From positions 19,220,001 through 19,284,000 of the forward strand of contig JBHGNT010000012.1 in assembly GCA_043228905.1 (NCBI GenBank): 64,000 nt of DNA, written 5' to 3'. The translations under genes and the position numbers were made by a program. Below the pieces are notes generated by a model. That model was not told the origin of the DNA and did not search any database. It saw only the letters and a program-made list of their open reading frames with translations. Origin of the DNA: Azolla caroliniana. Lineage: Eukaryota > Plantae > Polypodiophyta. Below, one piece after another: positions 13,811 through 24,990 of this stretch; positions within the stretch are counted from its first letter, which is position 1, and each line of letters begins with the position of its first letter.

Positions 13811-16800
13811 AAACGTTTTAGATAATCAATTAAAGACCACTACAACATCATTGACTTAATGAAAAAAATTACATATAAACTAAACACATGATTAGATGGG
13901 AGAAGAGAGAATAGAAAGAAAAATTATGTAAAGAGTTACCGAAGTTCTTTGTTGATCGTTGTCTGGATCAAGGCCAACCGCACAACGATCGATCATCATC
14001 AATCAAAAGACAAATGAAAAACAAAGAAACATTAGTACAAAAATCTGATACCAAATATTATAGATCTAGGTACTAATGTAAGCTTAAGATAAGGATAAAG
14101 AAATGAAAGATAGAAAGGAGAAAGAGAAAGAAGGGTGCCGATCCACCCGACCACCCCCGAGCGAAGGGATCGAGATGGACTCGAGCCTCGATCGGCGTCC
14201 CATACCACCACCGTGGCGTCGAGTCGTACCTGGTGCTGGCGCGCTCGCTACAAGAGTTGACCCACCACACGAGCAGAGTCTCGATGTAGTCAAAAGATCA
14301 TCAAATGAGGGTAGCTAGGCCTCTTATTTATAGCGATACCCAAGGCCCCCAGGCAAGTTCACACTTGACCTAATGGGTTGTCTCAATCCCGAGGATTAAA
14401 AGTAATCCTCCCCTTCTTTACACTCTCATTTAACCCTCACACTTATCCACGTGTATAGAATACTACGGTAAATTCTTACCATGGGATATTATATGGTCAT
14501 GCCCGTAACAACCAGGAAAGTGAGCGGTTATAATCCCCACTTGAATTGGGAAGGTGAGCGATCAAAATTGATCCTCACCAAAGGGAAGTGGAGTGAAACT
14601 TGAACTGAAATGAAAATGGAGTGCAAACCAACAATGATTCGACCCCCACCAAGAATGTGAGCGGTTGTAATCCCCACCGGAATTGGGAAGGTGAGTGATC
14701 AAAATCGATCCTTGCCAAAGGAAAGTGGAGTGAAACTTGAACCGAAATGAAAATGGAGTGCAAACGAGCAATGATTCGGTCCCCACCAAGAAAGTGAGCG
14801 GTTGTAACCCTCACCAGAACTGTGAAGGTGGGCGACCAAAGTCAATCCTCGCCAAAATCGTGATGTAAAATGATACCTATAGATGATGACAATGACAATG
14901 AAGAGGTGCTAAAAATGATGACGTCGAAGATGAGGTAGTGAAGATGATGATGATGAGGAAGCTTCTTTACAAGGAACGATTGTGACTATGGCGACGATGG
15001 CATCTCTAAAACTAAGGACAGGGACGATGGTAATTCTAGAAGCAAGCGATGATGAAGACGGGTGATGCTTCTAGTTGGAAGGGGTTCAAACTGTCACGTA
15101 CACACCAACCGCAGACTCGAACGGAACACAGATGATGGGGCTATGAGCGTGGAACTTAAGAAGATGAGAACGACACAAGAACTTGAAGGAGAAAAAATGT
15201 GGCAAAATGAGAATACTAGATTGATGTGTCAATGACTGTGTCGTGACACTCCACTTTAGTTTTCCGATTTTGGCTTGATTGCTCATTGCAATTAGCATGT
15301 CATCGATATATAGGATCAGATAAATCCAGGACTCGTCGGCCAATTGCCGAGTATGTAAACATGGGTCGGAGTTGGACTGGCTATAATTGAGTTGTCGGAT
15401 GTTGGAGTCAAACTTTTGATACTACATCCTTAGCGCTTGTTTTAAGCCATATAGGCTTTTCTTCAAAGGTGACTTTCCTCCCTTGTCGCCGAGAAGCCTG
15501 CCGGTTGTGACATGCAAATGTCCTCGTCCAAGTCTCCGTAGGAAAGTCGTCTTGATGTCCAGTTGCTCAAGTTGTAGGTCCTCTGTCGCCACGATCCCGA
15601 GTAGGAGCCGAAGGGTGGTCATCTTGACTACTGGAGAAAATATCTGATCGTAGTCGGCCCCATGTTCTTGTTTGAACCCTTTCGTGATGAGCCGAGCTTT
15701 GTATTTGGGATTTTCGGAGTCGGATACATATTTGTATATAAAAACCCATTTATAGGGTAGCAACTTTCTCCCGGTAGTTCGACCAACTCCCATGTCTAAT
15801 TCTGATGAATCGAGTCCATCTCGGATTGCATGGCTTCTAACCATGTGTCGGCATCCGGTGCGGCTATAACTTCTTCGTAAGTACTTGGTTCACCTGCATC
15901 CGTGTAGTTGACGTAGTAGAGGCCTGGTTGATAAAATTCTGTAGGCCTTCTAACTCATCTGGATCTCCTGGGTGCCGATGTTGTTGATTCAAACTCTTTA
16001 GTCGGCTCGACCGGTCGATCGGTATTACTTGAACCGTCTTCAAGAGCCATGTTAGATGACTCACCCCTGGAGTAGGATTTCAGTGATGTCATGGCATCCT
16101 CCCCTTCTTCGGGATCAGTTGAATTAGAGGTAGAAGACTTAGCTGACTCGATTTTGTTTTTCCCTTTGGGCTTGGGTGTGTCGGTCGTGTCGACTGTGCC
16201 ATTTCTGGCTCGCAGCTTGTTGACTTTTCCTTTTTTGACTCTTGTCGATTCGGCTTTGTCTTCGAATTCGACTAGCGGACCTCCTATTGATTCAGAGTTG
16301 GTAGGTGTATTGTCGGCTTGGTCAAATTCGACTGTTTGTCAAATCTCTGATTTAGCCCGGTGGGTCAGTCTTTCTACGACTTCTCGGTCGATTTCGAAAG
16401 AGACCTTTTTGTCCACTATTTTCTACTAGTTCTGCTAAGAGAGAATAGAGTCTTCATTGAAGACCACATCACTACTTTGGATCAATTTCTAGTTCTCTGG
16501 GTCCCATAGTATGTAGTCGAATTCCCCATTGGTTCCATAACCGAGAAATATGCATTTTGTTGCATGGGGTGCTAACTTGGTCCTTTTCTCCCTGGGAATA
16601 AATGCGTAGGCTTTGCATCCGAATATATGGAGCCTGTTGTAGGTCGGTTGTTTGCCTGACCATAGTGCATGTGGCACTTCGAGCCTGATTGCTTTCGATG
16701 ACGATAGGTTGATCAGATATACTGCCATCTGCAATGATTCGGCCCAGAACTCCAACTTCAGTCCGGCTTGTTGGAGCATTGCCATCATCCTCTCTTGGAT

Positions 16801-17669
16801 CGTTTGGTTGATCTGTTGAACCACTCTATTTTGCATGGGTGTGTATGGAACAATCTTTTGATGTCGGATCCCTTTGTCAAACAAGTATTGTTTGAAGGGT
16901 CAAGAAGTGTATTCTCCTCTGTTGTCGGATCAGAGTGTCTTCACTCTATGTCTGTTATGTACACATAACGTTGGTGAGGGTAGGTCACTAATATTTACAT
17001 TAGTGAAGGGTATGTTCACTATTATTAAAAAGGGGACTAATGATTGGATAGAATGAATGATATGTGCATGCACTATCATGATTTAGACAACCAATGAATA
17101 GAGAGCCTTTTAGAAAGGCACATCTATTCAAGGGGCCTAGGAAAAGGTATAAATATGAGGGTTAGCTACCCTCATAGGAAATCACGTCGGAAGGCTGCTG
17201 TCGTAGACACCGGTGGTGCGGGCTAGGCTTTCGTCTCGACGATCGTGTTTATCTCTTCCAAGGTATTAGTCATCCTAATATCCGGCGGTATGGGACGTCG
17301 GTGGTAGGTTGGCTATGTCTAGATCATAGCTTGGGGGTGGTCGGGTGGAACGGGTTCTTCTATCCAATCTATTTTCTTCCTTTTTACTTGATTTGGTCTA
17401 TTGATTAGTAATAGACTCTTAACAGTGGTATCAGAGCTTTTACTAACAATTTTTTTGTTGTTTTGATGTTTTTTGCGTGTGAGCGAGGGGGATCTAACAA
17501 GGCTCGTCATGCTCTTCTCAGGATCAAAACAACACTCTAAACCCGGTATTCTTCTTTTTTGATCTCTTCTCTTTTTCTATTATGCGTTCTTTATGGTCGA
17601 ATCAAATTGGTATTACGTTTTATTCTCTTTCTTTCTACCTCCTACTACGCTACGATTTTACTTATTATT

Positions 17670-18195
17670 ATGCATCGGGCCGAGCGTGTTTGCACTAATC
17701 GCACACGCTCAACTCATGGCCTTTTGCATATTGCGATATATATCCCACTCTCTCCTCTCTTGAACTCTTACGATAATAATTATTCTTGTGCATTGGGTCG
17801 AGCGTGTTTGCTCTAATCGCACACGCTTATCTCATGGCCGTTTTGCATATGATGTTGAGTATACCACTCTTCCCCTCTATTGAGCCATCACTTGGCCGAT
17901 TCTAAGGGATGATGTGGCCTTGACGAGGTGTATGTTGCCTACCTATGCCACTCTACTCTCTATTAAGCCATCAATTGGCCGATTCTATGGGATGTTGTGG
18001 CCTTGACAAGGTATATACATAGCTTACATATGCCACTTTCCTTTTTAATTAGCCATCAATTGGCCGATTCTAAGGGATGATGTGGCCTTGACGAGGTATA
18101 TGTCACTTACCTATGCCACTTTCCTCTTTAATTAGCCATTACTTGGCCGATTCTAGGGATATGTGGTGGTCTTGAGGAGGTGCATGTCAACTACC
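17670..18195. repeat. Two tandem arrays in the G2 5' leader (2 x ~120 bp, then 4 x ~83 bp)
   Basis: GAGCGTGTTTGC.CTAATCGCACACGCT occurs twice. AGCCAT.A.TTGGCCGATTCTA.GGGATG.TGTGGCCTTGAC.AGGT occurs four times. Confidence 0.85.
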
Positions 18196-18915
18196 CTAGG
18201 GTTTCGTATCTTAGGGCATGTTTGATTCCATACACCTAATTGTTGATTATTCTAATTAAATTTTAATTTCATAAGTATTGTTTCACTTATATGATTTTCT
18301 AGTAATTATTATTTACCCGCCCACAATTAACTATCCTTTTTCCACTTCCTTTTCATGTATAAAGTATTTACATCGTTTATTTTTAATGTAACCTTTACGT
18401 GTAGACTATTTTTTTCGTATGGAGTGGCTTGTTGAACGATTTTTTTTCAACGGGTCATCTAGGTTTAACTCTTATCATCAAGCCTTAGAAAACGAGTAAA
18501 ACCATATGAGTTCCCTTATTGATGTTTTACTCATCGATTTGAGTATTACATCTTTGCGCACAACACCGTCATCACTTGTATCAATTTGTGGCTTATGTCA
18601 CAATTGTGCAAGTTATAACAATCATATTGGGATGTATATGTGCATACCTTGCACTTCCCATTTATTTGTGACATTGTTTTTTTCGTAGGTAACACATGGG
18701 TTCTTTTTTTTACCCTTGTTTTCATCACTACTTAACTCTTATGAGTAGTGCCTTATTTTATCATTTTATCATCACGTTTGCTTATCGCTCGCAAGACTAG
18801 AATATTACTTGTGAGTGCACTTGTTTTTTCACGTAATACACTTTCTCGACCATATAATACATGATGGGTTGGCATTAATATAAGGCTATCTAGGAAATTT
18901 CATTGATGTAAGAAC

Positions 18916-19078
18916 CATGGTTGAGCCTCGGGGAGCCGCCATGATTACTCAAGATAGAGATCCGAGAAATACATCTTAGCTATGTTTTCCCCCATGGTTT
19001 TTAAAACACCATAGTGTTACCATAGTTATTGGATCTCGAATCACATCTCATATGTCTAGAGGGGTAAAGACATGAGAT
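18916..19078 (+). other. Conserved structured cis-RNA element in the G2 leader (copy 2)
   Basis: Aligns with the reverse complement of 12471-12630 and shows covarying stems. Ends ~100 nt before the gag ATG in both elements. Confidence 0.75.
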
Positions 19079-19179
19079 ACTTTCTTGGATAAAGTTCTTT
19101 CAATCAAAATTTCAAGCATTCATTTTGCTTGTGTATTTTCTGAACCTCCTTATTTTATTGCATACCCACAGCGTGCATC

Positions 19180-22100
19180 ATGGAACAAGTTTTGAACGCA
19201 GTTGGAACGATCTCTCCAAATGAGACCTCTCAACCCCAATCCGCATCTCGCACACAAGCTGAGATCACTATTGAGCAATTGCTCACTACTACCTTGAATC
19301 AATTGGCCGAATTGAGACAGGCCAATATGGCATTGGAAAAGAAATTCCAAGAATTAACTATTGAGTCCAAGAAAGAAGGTGAACCTTCCTTCGTAGTAAC
19401 GCCTTTCAAGGGAGATAAGAAAGAAAGAACCGAGGAGGCCATTAGCACTTGGCTTGGTCGTTGGGAGTCTCACTTTGAGCTTCATCCCAAGCCCGATGCA
19501 GTAAAAATTGGTTATGTCGGTCGTGAGTTAGGTGGCCGAGCTGCTGCTTGGTGGCGTGGCCTAAGGACCGCAAAAAACTTACCCACAACTTGGGAAGGTT
19601 CGTTGATGTTTTTAAGAAACAATTCTTGCAGCCACCTTCTCAAACCGAACAAGCGCAACACTTGCTCACATTGTCTAGTAAGCCATTTACCTCTCTCGAG
19701 GATTATATGCATCACGCTCGGACCCAGATCCAAAAATCGGGACTTACGGGTGAGAAATGGTTTGTCGCTTGTTTTTTGAATGGTATTCCCAATGGGGATT
19801 ATCATTGGATTGTCCATGACAAGGACCCCACAACTTTCGAGGAAGCCGTCAACATTGTGCTGCGATACCATAGGACTTCCAAGAAAGACCACAATAAACC
19901 TGAGTTCGCCAAAACTCCGAATGTCAAGTTCATTGGGAAACGTAAGCAATCCAGTGACACTCTTGACCGCGACTCAAAGAAACCGAACCTCTTCTGTGCA
20001 TATTGCAAGAAGCGGGGCCACACAAAGGATACCTGTCGTCGTCTTGAGAGGAAGTCAATGAACACCCCTCCTCAAGACAAATCTACGAGTCACACAGGTG
20101 AGTCTTTTGATATTGTTGAAGTTCATACCAATCACTTAAGTTTATGTGAATGCACTTTTCCTTCACATTTACTTGGACCTAATGATTTACTCCGAGCAGT
20201 CGAATATATCACAAGCACATTTCTTGTTTGATTCCGGTAGTTCTCACAATTTTCTTAATGATCACTTTGTGCAGCAAATGGAGCTCCACATAAACGCAAG
20301 TGATCATATCTATCAAGTTCACATGGCAAATGGAAACGTTCAATACATCAGTGGCATTGTTTGTCAACTGCCAATTCAAATAGATACTTATTTGGAGAAG
20401 CTTGACTTTCATGTTATGAAATTACAATCCGCAGATGTCATTTTAGGATATCCTTGGTTTTTTAATAAAAACCCTTCTTTGTCCATTGATTGGGTTAATC
20501 ACTCAATCACATTTGAACTTAATAATTGTAAACATTTTATTCAATGTTCCAAACTTCCTTCTCATTCACTTGTGTCTTCTAAATCTTTAAGTGAGTATTC
20601 TAGTTCATTAATTTATTCGTGTGTAATTGATCCTGCGGTTCAATTTTATTATTTTAATATTGACGCCACACAATTACCACATTTTGAGCAATGATTACTC
20701 GACTCTATTTTAGAGGATTTTCAAGATGTGTTTCCTACTGAATTACCGCTTACTTTACCACCTAAACGTAATGTGGACCATCAAATTGAACTCATCCCTG
20801 GGGCTGCTCCTGTGAGCATTCCACCTTACCGACTTAGTCGATTAGAAGAGGATGAGATCGCTAAACAACTTAAGGAATACTTGAGTATGGGCCACATTAG
20901 GTATAGTAAATCACCTTGGGGTGCGCCAGTTCTATTAGTCAAGAAGAAGGAAGGTTCGTGGCGAATGTGTATCAATTATCGCCGTTTGAATAAAATGACA
21001 ATTAAGAATGCATATCCATTACCTCGTGCCGATGATTTGATTGATCGTTTGCACGGGGCTCGATATTTTACGAAAATTGACTTACGAACTGGTTATCATC
21101 AGATTCGCATCGCCGAGGATGATATTCCTAAAACCGCTTTTCGTACGCGCTATGGCCATTATGAGTTTTTAGTCATGCCGTTTGGGTTGACTAATGCTCC
21201 AACCACATTCCAACAAGCGATGAATGATGTTTTCCGAGATCAACTCGGTGATTTTGTTGTCGTCTTCTTGGATGATATTTTGATATATAGCCGTACCCTG
21301 CAAGATCATGTTCAACATGTTCGATTTGTTTTGCGAAAGTTGCGTGACAACTCTTTCTATGCAAAACATTCAAAATGTGACTTCTTCCAAAAATCTATTG
21401 TGTACCTAGGTCATTTAATTACAGAAAATGGCGTTGAAATTGAACCTTCTCGTATTGAAAAGGTTAAACTTTGGCCCATTCCTCGTAATATTCGTGAACT
21501 TAGATCATTCTTAGGGTTTGTTGGATTTTTACGAAAATCAATTCGTAACTATTCCAAATTGACTACGCCATTAACTGACCTTTTAAAAGGTCATCCACGT
21601 AAGTCTGTCAAACCAATTTCATGGAATGAACAACTTGACAAATCATTTGAGACACTCAAGGAGCATGTGTGTCAGGCTCCCACTCTTCTATTACCAGACC
21701 CTTCTAAGCCTTTCTCAATTGAAACCGATGCTAGTGATTATGCTATTGGTGCCGTTCTTTATCAAGGTGGTCACCCTATTGCTTTTGAAAGTAAGAAGCT
21801 TGATGCTGCTCAATCTCGGTATTCGGTTCAAGAGAAAGAGTTGTTTGCGGTGATACACGCACTTAAAACATGGAGGCACTATCTCTATGGAAATAAATTT
21901 GTGGTTACAACAGACCATCAATCATTAAAGTATTTTTGTGACCAGCCCGATCTTGTTGGTCGTAAAGGCCGTTGGGCTGACCTTATGCAAGATTTTGATT
22001 TTTCCATACGATATCGCAAGGGTTCTATGAACACCGTTGCTGATGCTCTTAGTCGCATTAAAGAAGTTAACATGCTTAGCTTCACGGAAATAAAATCTGA

Positions 22101-23574
22101 TCTTTTTGATCACCTTCGAGGGAAATACCTTGATGATAGTTATTTCTCAAAATACTGGACGAAAGCCGAATCTGGTTTAAATGCCGATACTAGCACCCTA
22201 CCCTCGAAGGCTACCTTTCACATTACAAACGGTTTGCTCTACCGTAGTGGAAAGGTCTGTGTTCCAGATTTACCAAATGTTAAACAGAAAATTTTTCATG
22301 AATGTCATGATGCACCATCTGCTGGTCATCCTGGAATACAACGCACACTCGTTCTCATCTCGTGTACTTTTTTCTGGCCTAAGATGCGCTCTGACGTGCA
22401 TAAATACGTAACTCAATGCTTACAATGTCAGATTAATAAGTCGGAACGACTTAAAGCTGCTGGTCTTTTACATCCCTTAGATATTCCCAACAATAAATGG
22501 GAAAGTATCTCGATGGATTTTATTGTTAGTTTACCTCGTACACAGAGGGGTCATGATGCCATATGGGTTGTCGTTGACAGGCTAACAAAATTAGCTAGAT
22601 TTATTCCTACAAAAACCACGGTAACCGCTCAACAGTTGGCTTATCAATTTGTTGATGAGTTATTTCGTTTTTATGGATTACCGATGGATATTGTTAGTGA
22701 TCGAGATTCCAAGTTTACTAGTGACTTTTGGACTCAGGTCTTTAAGAAACTAGAAACTACGTTGAGCATGAGTTCCGCAGATCATCCTCAGTCTGATGGA
22801 CAAACTGAACGAGTTAATCAAATTATTGAGGACATGCTTCGAGCTTATGTAGCAAAAAACCCTTCTAAGTGGGAGCAATACCTTCCTATCTTAGAATTTG
22901 CCTATAATAGCTCTAAACATACATCCACTAGATATAGTCCTTTTATGTTGATGTATGGTTTTCAGCCACGTGCCCCAGTTGATGTCACGATTCATCGTGA
23001 TACATTAGACAGTACACGCAATTTTTTGCAAGACATGAACCAAATGTTGCATATTGCCAAAGAAAATGTCAAGACAGCTCAAGATCGTGCTCGATTTTAT
23101 GCTGATCAGGATAGACGTCCTCGTGCATTTACTATTGGTCAAAAAGTTTTTTTGCGTGTCCCGACTGATTCTACGTCATTATCTACGGGCAAGTGCGCTA
23201 AGTTAGCCCCACGATATTGTGGCCCATTTGAAATCCTTAAGCGAGTTGGGTCATCTGCTTATCACCTTGCCTTACCTCGTAACGTTGGTATTCATCCTGT
23301 TTTTCACGTCAGTCGTCTAAAACCATTTTTAGGCTCTGGTGATAACACCATCACAATCCAAGATCTTGTAACATTAGAGGATTTTTCTTACAAACCTCAT
23401 GTTCCTGAACGAATTCTTGATTCTCGTACTAAACGTTTACGTTCTAAAGAGATTCGGCTATTCAAGATCAAATGGATGGATAAACCTATTGATGATGCCA
23501 CATGGGAACGCGAGCATTCGCTTAAGGCACAATTTCCTCACTTTATATTGCAAGAGTGCAATCTTTTGAAGTAG
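19180..23574 (+). pseudogene. G2 gag-pol polyprotein with chromodomain, disrupted in gag/protease
   Basis: ORFs 19180-19779, 19548-20231, 20146-20694 and 20728-23574 are collinear with G1. Frameshifts near 19600 and 20200 and a stop at 20692. RT-RH-INT-CHD is open for 948 aa. Confidence 0.94.
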
Positions 23575-24990
23575 GGGAGTATGTTATGTACACATAACGT
23601 TGGTGAGGGTAGGTCACTAATATTTACATTAGTGAAGGGTATGTTCACTATTATTAAAAAGGGGACTAATGATTGGATAGAATGAATGATATGTGCATGC
23701 ACTATCATGATTTAGACAACCAATGAATAGAGAGCCTTTTAGAAAGGCACATCTATTCAAGGGGCCTAGGAAAAGGTATAAATATGAGGGTTAGCTACCC
23801 TCATAGGAAATCACGTCGGAAGGCTGCTGTCGTAGACACCGGTGGTGCGGGCTAGGCTTTCGTCTCGACGATCGTGTTTATCTCTTCCAAGGTATTAGTC
23901 ATCCTAATATCCGGCGGTATGGGACGTCGGTGGTAGGTTGGCTATGTCTAGATCATAGCTTGGGGGTGGTCGGGTGGAACGGGTTCTTCTATCCAATCTA
24001 TTTTCTTCCTTTTTACTTGATTTGGTCTATTGATTAGTAATAGACTCTTAACAATGTCCCGACTGGTTCTCCACTTCAGCTATCCACCGAGTGAAGACCA
24101 CGAGCGCTTCATCTTTCGACCTAATCGAATAGGCCCAAACTTTCCGTGTACAATCATCTACAAATGTGATGAAGTACTGGGAGCCTCCTAGTGATCGCTC
24201 AGGCATAGGCCCACATATATCTATGTGCACGAGTTCTAGTGGTTGTCGTACCATCTCATAGTGGAGAGAGTGCAAACTTCGGGTTTGTTTCCCGTATCGA
24301 CAGTGCTCGCAAAAGTTTGTCTTTGCTTGGAGTTTTGGAATGTAGCCAACCGCCATCAGTTGATCTAGGCCGGCTTTAGACATATGGTCGAGTCGGCCAT
24401 GCCATAGGTTTGGGTCGGTCTTTTCGTCTACGTTCATGGCCCCATCTGGATTGATCACCATCATTGGATACTATTGAGATACAAGCTCAACATTGGGTGC
24501 GTAAACGGGTGCGTAGACTGGGTGCGTAAAACCGTATGCACAACATGGCCATAGCGGTGTGTAAACCGAGAGGCCGTTAGAATGTTATTCCTCGTAAGGA
24601 ATAATTTTGGGAGTAAGTGTAGGATGCTCATTTATGAGCGGTCAAGTACTGACAATACTCGTGTCAGCCCAATAGTCAGGGTTTGTATAAAAGGTGCTCA
24701 TTGAGCACAAAGTATTTACAGAGAATATACAAAGAATTATTTTTTAATATAGTTTTTGTTACTGCTCTCTCTCTGTCTCTCCCTCTCCTTCTCTGTGATT
24801 TCTGTGTTTTACCGAACTGTCGTACTTCCGAACTGTGTACTCCGTTCCGTGTCTTACACATACACTTCCGCACACGTATTCTTTTACATGGTATCAGAGC
24901 GCGAGGGTTGAGACTCCTCTGCAACCAACAGAATAGCTTGCGATAAAGACATAGTTAAGTTATTGTTTTCGGAAAGGATAAGACAAGAAT

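Larger units (their letters stand above)
7493..14510 (-). mobile_element. G1: full-length Ty3/gypsy chromovirus (LTRs 14056-14510 and 7493-7947, 455 bp)
   Basis: Perfect TSD ACCAG (7488-7492 and 14511-14515). tRNA-Met-type PBS TGGTATCAGA (reverse, 14044-14053). PPT at 7948-7960. I counted 4 LTR differences. Confidence 0.97.
7345..14855. repeat. ~130-bp tandem array inside N (7345-7492 and 14516-14855), split by the G1 insertion
   Basis: Recurrent CCCCACCAAGAAAGTGAGCGGTTGTAA.CCCCAC...GAAGGTGAGCGATCAAAATCGATC...GGAAAGTGGAGTGAAA, about 4 copies. Confidence 0.8.
6410..15248 (-). mobile_element. N: non-autonomous LTR element (3' LTR 6410-6859; internally deleted 5' LTR 15092-15248; ~1.2 kb non-coding repeat-rich interior), split by G1
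   Basis: Both LTRs start TGTCACG and end GTGACA. PPT (reverse) TTGTCCTCCCCTTT at 6860-6873. Decayed TSD CCCCG/CTCCA. Host Copia-C RT resumes on both sides. Confidence 0.8.
16953..24053 (+). mobile_element. G2: full-length Ty3/gypsy chromovirus (LTRs 16953-17424 and 23582-24053, 472 bp)
   Basis: TG..CA LTRs with no differences that I could find. Perfect TSD ATGTC. PBS TGGTATCAGAGC at 17426-17437. PPT at 23569-23581. Confidence 0.97.
4967..24471 (-). mobile_element. Copia-C: old minus-strand copia in pieces (3' LTR ~4967-5245; coding 5391-6409, 15254-16952, 24059-24471). Host of N, G2 and D; its 5' part lies beyond the window.
   Basis: PPT (reverse) CTCCCCCG at 5248. RNase H and RT fragments (YAMVATRPDL, YIDDML, YKARLITKGF) and integrase fragments (WHGRLDHMS, LELVHIDICGP, FVDDCTRKVW) are collinear across the insertion junctions. 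Confidence 0.85.

Noticed and set aside
17870-18195. Regularly spaced repeats (also 41112-41398, 46168-46303 and 14516-14855) resembling a CRISPR array
   Set aside because: Whole units are repeated with no unique spacers, there are no cas genes, and they lie inside eukaryotic retrotransposons.
3139-24888. Pairing the LTR at 3139 with the LTR at 24472 as one element
   Set aside because: 3139 is preceded by a PPT (3' LTR) and 24472 is followed by a PBS (5' LTR). The 24472 LTR matches 63651 better.
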